Shown: one piece after another, positions 57,657 through 64,000 of the stretch
How positions within the stretch are numbered: the stretch's first letter is position 1
Layout of the letters: each line of letters begins with the position of its first letter
Source of the DNA: Candidatus Zixiibacteriota bacterium
Lineage (GTDB): Bacteria; Zixibacteria; MSB-5A5; UBA10806; 4484-95
Direction: 5' to 3'
Assembly (NCBI GenBank): GCA_037441845.1
Contig: JBBIRK010000005.1
Span: 96,001 to 160,000 of the forward strand
DNA: 64,000 bases
Made by a program: the position numbers and the translations under genes
Notes under the pieces: model-generated
Databases searched by the model: none
The model's input: only the letters and a program-made list of their open reading frames with translations
What the model was told of the DNA's origin: nothing

Positions 57657-59946
57657 TTTTCTTTTTCCCTTGTATCAAATTGAACAGCCATAGTGATCCC
57701 AAAAAGATCCACCAAATATCGAGCAGTATTGACATATGACTTATATATTCCAGTTCCTTTTCGAAATATCGATCTCTCCCCGCATGGTGAGCCGGACCGG
57801 TCAAGCCCGGCTTGATAAGTTTCCGTCGCCAGAACCCGGGAATCGTCACCGAATCTTTTTGGTATTGCGCCGGCGCAAGCGGAACGGTTCCGACGAAACT
57901 GAGATCACCGTTGAATACCGCGATCAACGCAGGCAAGCCCGGGCGCAAAGCGAACTCGGTATCGTCGATTTCCTGAGACCGATGGAAATCTGCGAACGTC
58001 TTTTCCCGCCCGTCGCGGCCGAAAAACGGCACACGCACCAAGAACGGATACCCACCCAGTTTCGCACCGATGAATTTGTAAAGGAAAACGGGGCTGCTTA
58101 AAATCAACAAAACCGCCGATAGGCAGATATCTATCCCTCGCTTTATGATCCATTCCCAGGTTCTCATGAGTTCCATGGAAACTCGGTAATAGTCGCCGCG
58201 ATACAGCCGCTCGATTTTCAGTCCCTTGAAAAGCGGCTGAGGCTCACCTGCCACTATGAATTGATTCTCGAGGAAGTATGACGCCCGAAGGTATTGGGAT
58301 AAATCGCTGTAATCGTTATCCGGCCAGGCAATCAACACTGTTTCGATTCGCCGCGATCGCAATATCTCGTTCAGGCATACCGGCTCCCCGAGATATTCGA
58401 GCCCGGCCAAACCGCCTTCGAGCCGTTTCCTGCATACATAACCATCGAGCCTGAAATCCCGCTTGATCGTTGCAATGAACGCGCTGGTTGCGGTGAACGA
58501 CTCATGCACGAACAGCGCGACCCGCGGTTGCGATTCCGGCTTGCGATGAATCGCCCTGACAACCAAGAAAAGACCATATTTCAGAACGATGTTCAATATT
58601 ATAAGTAGGATGGCATAAAGGAATATCGGCAGCGGCGAGACGACTATGCTGCCTTCGTAGAATATATTCAGGATAAGGAAACATAAGATTCCCGCCCCGA
58701 CGATCTTCATGATGGCCACCACATATTGCCAGAATCTTCGATCAGCCCTAATTTCGTAGATCCCCATCACCGAAAAGAATATCACCCAGAAAATGCTGAT
58801 CCAAAGGGCGGGAGCGATCATTTCCGAGTAGGCGACATAGACGTCATAAGCTAATAGTCCCCACTTATATTTAAGGCTGTAGATCAGATAAAATGACAAG
58901 TTGATCGAAAAAAGATCGAGAATAAACGCAACCGTGCGCTCCAGAAAATAAAGGAAATTGCGATAAAGATGCACCCCGAGAGCCGAAAGCGCCAGACCTG
59001 AAATCAATATCAAGAGCACCGATATCTGGCTGTCGCTCAAAATAAACGTGGCGGTTCCCATGGCGCCAAGAATCAAGTTCAAAAAGAGGATCACGACAAA
59101 CGCAGTCCTTACCGAAAATGTCCAGCGGACCAGCCGGTAGGGCGAGCTGTCGGGAGCCGCTACCGCCAGCGAGCGGGTTTCGCGAAGCCTCGACAAGCTG
59201 ACCAGTGAAATATCGAAAATGGGATAACTGAGAATCAGGAATGGGGTCGCAAGAAGATAATACGAACGATTCTCCGCCAAATAAATCACCGTCATCGCCC
59301 CGAATAAATACCCGAGCAGCATCGCGCCGGAATCTCCCATGAAGATTTTGGCCCGGGGCATATTATGGCGCAGAAAACCTATGACCGCCCCCACCAATGC
59401 CGCCGCCAAAACAGCCAGCATGGTGTCACCCGACAAAATCGCCACCGCCAAAAATGCGGTGCCGGCCGCAAAACTCATGCTGCCGGTCACGGCATCCATA
59501 TTATCGAGGATATTGAACGAATTCATCATCGCCACGATAAAGAATATCGAAAATCCGAATTCGATTAGAACATTGAATATTCCTATATGCACGTCGGCGA
59601 ATATCACGAAAAGTCCGGCCGCCAGACATTGTCCGGCCATCTTCAGAGTGGCCGTCATTCCCAATCGGTCGTCGATCAGCCCCACCAGAAGGATCAAGGT
59701 GCCGCCCACGAAAATCCCGGTCGTCGTTCGCGACCAATCGAAAAGTCCGAATATGTTCGCGGCGATGACCGCAAGCAAGATGGCCAGACCTATAGCGGGA
59801 CCGCCGAGAACCGGTGTCGGATTCTTATGAATTTTGTCGCGGTACGGATTGTCGACTATGTTAAAAGCCTGCGAAACCCTTATTGCCAGCGGGTGCAGTA
59901 TCCATGACAAGAAGCAGGCTAAAATCAGGATTGCGGCGAAATTCAT
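57628..59946 (-). CDS. Fusion of WecA/MraY-type (polytopic) and WcaJ/WbaP-type (monotopic) phosphoglycosyl transferases
   Basis: N-terminal [29 protein letters not shown]-terminal IKRGID, GDLSFVG, KPGLTG, Y....SILLD. Confidence 0.85.
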   Translation of the reverse strand: MNFAAILILACFLSWILHPLAIRVSQAFNIVDNPYRDKIHKNPTPVLGGPAIGLAILLAVIAANIFGLFDWSRTTTGIFVGGTLILLVGLIDDRLGMTATLKMAGQCLAAGLFVIFADVHIGIFNVLIEFGFSIFFIVAMMNSFNILDNMDAVTGSMSFAAGTAFLAVAILSGDTMLAVLAAALVGAVIGFLRHNMPRAKIFMGDSGAMLLGYLFGAMTVIYLAENRSYYLLATPFLILSYPIFDISLVSLSRLRETRSLAVAAPDSSPYRLVRWTFSVRTAFVVILFLNLILGAMGTATFILSDSQISVLLILISGLALSALGVHLYRNFLYFLERTVAFILDLFSINLSFYLIYSLKYKWGLLAYDVYVAYSEMIAPALWISIFWVIFFSVMGIYEIRADRRFWQYVVAIMKIVGAGILCFLILNIFYEGSIVVSPLPIFLYAILLIILNIVLKYGLFLVVRAIHRKPESQPRVALFVHESFTATSAFIATIKRDFRLDGYVCRKRLEGGLAGLEYLGEPVCLNEILRSRRIETVLIAWPDNDYSDLSQYLRASYFLENQFIVAGEPQPLFKGLKIERLYRGDYYRVSMELMRTWEWIIKRGIDICLSAVLLILSSPVFLYKFIGAKLGGYPFLVRVPFFGRDGREKTFADFHRSQEIDDTEFALRPGLPALIAVFNGDLSFVGTVPLAPAQYQKDSVTIPGFWRRKLIKPGLTGPAHHAGRDRYFEKELEYISHMSILLDIWWIFLGSLWLFNLIQGKKKNARFEVHPG

Positions 59947-60924
59947 TTATTTTCTATAATATGTTATTATGTCGCGAAGTGTTTGTTCAAGTTTAATCCG
60001 CGGCTGGAACCCTATAAGATTGCGGGCCTTGGTCGTATCGGGCACACGTTTCCGCATGTCCTCAAATCCTTTTTCGAAAGCCTTATCGTAAGGAACAGTA
60101 ACGATGCGTGCGCTGCTGCCGGTCAGCCTTTTTATCATTTCCGCCAGTCGGATTATGGAAATTTCGTAATCATTGCCGAGATTGAAGACTTCGCCATAGG
60201 CTTTTGAGTTGTTTATCAACGCGATCAGGGCCGGGGTAATATCCCTGACATCGCAAAAGCTTCGAGTCTGCCGACCATCACCATAAACGGTTATATCGTG
60301 CCCAAGCAGAGCTTGCTTGATGAATGTGGGGACGACCATCCCGTATTGCCCGGTTTGCCTGGGACCGATAGTGTTGAACAATCTAACGATAACTACCCGC
60401 AACTTCTTTTCATGAAAGTAGGCAAGAGACAAAAATTCATCCGCCGCTTTGGAACAGGCGTAACTCCAGCGGCTCTTTACTGTCGGGCCATAAACGGAAT
60501 CGTCGGTTTCTTTGAACGGCACTTTCTCGTTTTTACCGTAAACCTCGGAAGTGGAAGTTATGATTACCGGTCGATCGTACTTATTGGCGATTTTCAGAAC
60601 TATATGGGTCCCCAGGATATTGGTTTCGATCGTATCCACCGGTTTTTCGATTATCAAACGAACCCCCACGGCGGCCGCCAGATGAAATATGAAATCCGCA
60701 TCGCTCACGAGATTATCCATCGTGTTTTCATCCATGATGCTTCCGACGACCAGTTGGAAATCAGGATTCCCCCGCAGGTGTCTCACATTATCAAGACTGC
60801 CGGTGGATAGATTGTCGATCACCAAGACACGATAGCCCTGTGTTATCAATTCCTCGGCCAGGAACGAACCGATAAAACCGGCGCCGCCTGTGATAAGGGC
60901 GGTTCTTTTCTTTTTGGGCGTCAT
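59947..60924 (-). CDS. NAD-dependent nucleotide-sugar epimerase/dehydratase
   Basis: TGGAGFIG, HLAAAVG, STSEVYG, YACSK, GDGRQTRSF. Confidence 0.93.
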   Translation of the reverse strand: MTPKKKRTALITGGAGFIGSFLAEELITQGYRVLVIDNLSTGSLDNVRHLRGNPDFQLVVGSIMDENTMDNLVSDADFIFHLAAAVGVRLIIEKPVDTIETNILGTHIVLKIANKYDRPVIITSTSEVYGKNEKVPFKETDDSVYGPTVKSRWSYACSKAADEFLSLAYFHEKKLRVVIVRLFNTIGPRQTGQYGMVVPTFIKQALLGHDITVYGDGRQTRSFCDVRDITPALIALINNSKAYGEVFNLGNDYEISIIRLAEMIKRLTGSSARIVTVPYDKAFEKGFEDMRKRVPDTTKARNLIGFQPRIKLEQTLRDIITYYRK

Positions 60925-61463
60925 CTTATTATGATCTCCACAGCTTCCTTCAAATCCCTGGCGATGAAATCAGGCTTCGTATCGAGCGCCCCGGGTTCTT
61001 TGCCGGCATATCCGGTCAGCACGAGGATAGTCTTGGCGCCGATATTTCTGCCGGCCTGGATATCCGATGATTTATCCCCTACCATCCAAGATCGTTCAAA
61101 GTCGATAGAATATCTGTTCCGCGCCAGCAAAAATAATTCGGTTTTGGGTTTACGGCAACTACAATTATCCTCCGGGCGATGTGGGCAATATAGTGAATCA
61201 TTTATCTTGATCCCCTTTGCCGCCAGATCGTCGAGTAGATTTCGGTCGAATTCCGCCGCCTGCTTTGCAGTGAAGTAACCGCGCCCGATGCCTGATTGAT
61301 TGGATACGATTATTTTCAATAGCCTGTCGGGCAATAAAGACAACGCCTCGAGCGCACCCGGGATATACTCGATCTTCGTATAGTCGTGCTGAAACTGCTT
61401 CTCCTGAATTATCACGCCGTCGCGATCCAAGAAGACCGCCGCCGATTTATTGTTGTCGTTCAT
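60921..61463 (-). CDS. gmhB: D-glycero-D-manno-heptose 1,7-bisphosphate phosphatase (HAD IIIA)
   Basis: FLDRDG, SNQSGIGRG, CPH...CSCRKP, GDKSSD. Confidence 0.88.
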   Translation of the reverse strand: MNDNNKSAAVFLDRDGVIIQEKQFQHDYTKIEYIPGALEALSLLPDRLLKIIVSNQSGIGRGYFTAKQAAEFDRNLLDDLAAKGIKINDSLYCPHRPEDNCSCRKPKTELFLLARNRYSIDFERSWMVGDKSSDIQAGRNIGAKTILVLTGYAGKEPGALDTKPDFIARDLKEAVEIIIR

Positions 61464-62713
61464 GGGGCATTTCTCTTCGGGCGCCGGGAGGATGCCGATT
61501 GTTGAACCATCGACTCTATCATTTCGACCGCCTTGCGAGCCTGATGTTTTCTCAGGAAACTGGTCTCCACCAGCCTGCGTCCGTTTTTTCCCATACTGTT
61601 CCTAAGTTCACCGTCGGCGGCAAGTCTCATGATAGCATCGGCAAAAGCGCCTTTTTGTTTCAAGGAAAAATATATTCCGGCATTATTGGTTTCGAGCAGC
61701 TCCCTCAATTCGCCGTCGACATTGGTTACGATCGGCAGGCCGGCGGCCATACCGTCGAAAAATTTGGACGGAATTGCGCTTCGGAAAAGTTCGCATTCCC
61801 TAAGAATTACCAGCATTATGTCCGAGCAACAGATATAATCGATCGCCTGCTCCATAGGCATATGATCATGAAATTCCACATTTGTCAGGCCGACACGGCT
61901 GATTTCGGCTTGCAAAATCTCTTTTTGCGGGCCGTCGCCGATAAAATTGAACAAAATACCGCGGCTTTTCAGTTTTGGCAATTCCGGCAAGAGCGACAAT
62001 AAATCCTGCCCCAAACCTATAATACCGGCGTAAGTGATCACCAGCCTGTCTTGCCAACCGAATTTTTTCCGCAATTTAGGTATGTCCTTTTTCCAATTGA
62101 CAAAATCCTCGACCGATCCATTGTAAATTACATCCGTCTTCCCCATCCCACCTCGATTTTCGATTATTTTTTTCAGTCCCGCGGAAATCGTGAACAATCG
62201 ATCTGCCTGTTCATAGATCGATTTTTCCAGTCGGCCGCCCCACCGCAAGAGCCTCGGCGAGCCGACTGCTTCGACTTCTTTCGCGGAATCCGGCCAGAGA
62301 TCTCTGATATCGGCTACGAAACGGGATCGTTTAAGTCTTGCCGCAAGCATCGCCCCGAATACGAAAAATATCGGCGGCGAGGACGCGAATATCACGTCTC
62401 GGCGACGCAGCCACAACGCCGCCACAAAAGATGAGACGGCGAAACTGAGATAATAAAGCATCCGCTTGATATTGTTTTTTTTTCTGAAAGCAAGCACGAA
62501 ACACCGCAAAATAGTAAAGTCCTCTTTTTTCTCGAATCTGAACAATCGCCATTCATCGTTCTTGTCGAGAATGCCGGTCGGGTAGTTGGGAAATTGGCAG
62601 ATTACCGTCACCTGATGTCCTCTTTCAACCATAGCCTCGACGAACGCTTTTATCCTATTCGACGGTGCGCCCGGTTCAGGCGGGAAATATTGTGAAATCA
62701 CCAGAATCGTCAT
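61460..62713 (-). CDS. GT4 glycosyltransferase (WbuB-like)
   Basis: QYFPPE, PNYPTG, SSPP, DIRDLWPD, PSKFFDGMAAG. Confidence 0.9.
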   Translation of the reverse strand: MTILVISQYFPPEPGAPSNRIKAFVEAMVERGHQVTVICQFPNYPTGILDKNDEWRLFRFEKKEDFTILRCFVLAFRKKNNIKRMLYYLSFAVSSFVAALWLRRRDVIFASSPPIFFVFGAMLAARLKRSRFVADIRDLWPDSAKEVEAVGSPRLLRWGGRLEKSIYEQADRLFTISAGLKKIIENRGGMGKTDVIYNGSVEDFVNWKKDIPKLRKKFGWQDRLVITYAGIIGLGQDLLSLLPELPKLKSRGILFNFIGDGPQKEILQAEISRVGLTNVEFHDHMPMEQAIDYICCSDIMLVILRECELFRSAIPSKFFDGMAAGLPIVTNVDGELRELLETNNAGIYFSLKQKGAFADAIMRLAADGELRNSMGKNGRRLVETSFLRKHQARKAVEMIESMVQQSASSRRPKRNAP

Positions 62714-62755
62714 CGACTATGACTCGGCCGGATATTCGAGGTTTTATAATTCGAT

Positions 62756-63811
62756 TCACAGCAATTCGCGGTAAAGGGCATCCATAAGCAAGGCATTTTC
62801 ACGCCAATCGTATTTTTTCTCCACCACTTTCCGGGCATTGATTCCATCTTCGATTCTTTTATCCTGATTCATTATGTAAAATTCGAGAGCCGCACGCAAG
62901 GACTCGCTATCCCCGGGAACAGTCAACAGACCGGTCACGCCGTCTTCGATTACCTCCGGCAGACCGCCGATTTTGGAGGCCACCACCGGCAATCCCGTAG
63001 CCATCGCCTCCACAGCAGCCACTCCGAAAGTTTCCCCCTCGCCGACCGACGGCATGGCGAAAATGTCCATCTCTTTCATATAATCGAATACCCGTTCGTT
63101 CGGAATTTTGCCCGCGAACACGACCTTTTTCGAAACTCCCAGAGACGCCGCCAGTTCTGCGAGATCTGGCCGCGATGGTCCATCACCCACGATAAGCAAA
63201 CGCAGGTCGCTCCTGATTCGACAAAGAACCGCAAAGGAGCGAATAAGCACATCGATCCCGTACTTGGGGGTCAGATTCCTGACGGTTCCGATCGTTATAA
63301 TTTCATGGGGCGGCCTTTGAACGTATTTGAATCGTTCGATATCCACTCCGAACGGTATGACGTTGATTTTACGAGTGCCATTCAACAACAGATCGGTTTT
63401 GCGGGCAAGTGTTTCGCTTGTGGCGGTAATTCTATCGGCCGAGCGTAAGGCTTTTATCGCGGCCAATCTATGTAATGGCGTTTTGCGAGGAAATTCGAGT
63501 ATATCGTCACCCCAGGCCGAAATCACAAAAGGATGAAACCCGCTTAAAGCCGCCACCAAGCCGCAACTCGACACGTAGTGCGCATGCATAATGTCCGGTT
63601 TCACCTGATCGATCAGCCGCTTGACTTCCCCGACTTTCAATAAGGGCGAAAATCGCCTTTTACAGGGGATATATTTAAGATCGATACCTTCGATCGGTTC
63701 CGACGGGTAAAACGAAATCAACGTCACCCAATCTCCCAGGTCGCGAAAAAAGCGCACCCATTTGATTATATGACTGGAGTGGCCGAAGCCTATATAAAGC
63801 AACTTTCTCAT
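62756..63811 (-). CDS. GT4 glycosyltransferase
   Basis: HAHY, WGDD, PFGVD, ETFGVAAVEAMATGLPV. Confidence 0.92.
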   Translation of the reverse strand: MRKLLYIGFGHSSHIIKWVRFFRDLGDWVTLISFYPSEPIEGIDLKYIPCKRRFSPLLKVGEVKRLIDQVKPDIMHAHYVSSCGLVAALSGFHPFVISAWGDDILEFPRKTPLHRLAAIKALRSADRITATSETLARKTDLLLNGTRKINVIPFGVDIERFKYVQRPPHEIITIGTVRNLTPKYGIDVLIRSFAVLCRIRSDLRLLIVGDGPSRPDLAELAASLGVSKKVVFAGKIPNERVFDYMKEMDIFAMPSVGEGETFGVAAVEAMATGLPVVASKIGGLPEVIEDGVTGLLTVPGDSESLRAALEFYIMNQDKRIEDGINARKVVEKKYDWRENALLMDALYRELL

Positions 63812-63872
63812 ATCATCAGATCATCGTGGCGCTGTCAATATCGGGCTGACCGTTCATGAACGCAGGATTCTA

Positions 63873-64000
63873 TCATCTGTGCATCGCCGACATCAACAAC
63901 CGTTTGATATCGAGCCCGCTGATATTGAACAGCGAATCAGTCAGCACCGCGGAAGGTATCGTGAGGATCCCTACGCCTGCCAGCAAAATTATTCTGGAAC
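63873..64000 (-). CDS. C-terminal fragment of an upstream membrane protein (polysaccharide locus), runs off the right edge
   Basis: Open frame ...SRIILLAGVGILTIPSAVLTDSLFNISGLDIKRLLMSAMHR* ending at TGA 63873-63875. Confidence 0.4.
   Translation of the reverse strand, partial: SRIILLAGVGILTIPSAVLTDSLFNISGLDIKRLLMSAMHR

Noticed and set aside
1..64000. Frequent ATCGAT/CGATCG/TCGA words suggesting a HIP1-like repeat; also looked for CRISPR arrays, tRNAs, rRNA, integrases and transposases
   Set aside because: Word frequency could not be quantified and is plausibly due to ATC/GAT/TCG codon usage; none of the other elements was recognised by eye.

Overview
Gene-dense bacterial chromosomal segment, roughly 50% GC by eye. 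Almost everything is encoded on the - strand; degP is the only convincing + strand gene. LolCDE, GmhB, beta-barrel proteins, a PorX/PglZ response regulator and secreted peptidases with 'NYPNPFN...G.YF' C-terminal sorting domains indicate a diderm FCB-related organism, possibly Zixibacteria-like (inference). Housekeeping content: lysS-lolC/E-lolD-mcsA-mcsB, Na+-type pyrophosphatase and NSS transporter, amino-acid ABC transporter, holA, dgt, rnr, selD-selA-selB, a four-gene 2-oxoacid:ferredoxin oxidoreductase, uvrB, folC-accD-rimI-tsaB-tsaE, serS and the end of a polysaccharide locus. No rRNA, tRNA, CRISPR or transposase was recognised. Main leads: (1) a poly-gamma-glutamate operon (pgsB-pgsC-pgsW) without pgsA/capD, followed by a secreted tandem-domain protein, an outer-membrane beta-barrel and an isoaspartyl methyltransferase, a candidate diderm PGA export/modification system; (2) an RNase H-like ORF lacking two catalytic acids, whose predicted mRNA 5' and 3' UTRs pair end-to-end; (3) a selenocysteine-containing SelD with a SECIS-like hairpin that the ORF track truncates; (4) a WecA-type transferase fused to an apparently dead WcaJ-type transferase; (5) an unannotated 40-aa membrane protein, a possible Zn-binding bL38/DUF4295-like protein, and a candidate ECF regulon. 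All family assignments come from motif recognition by eye, not database searches.
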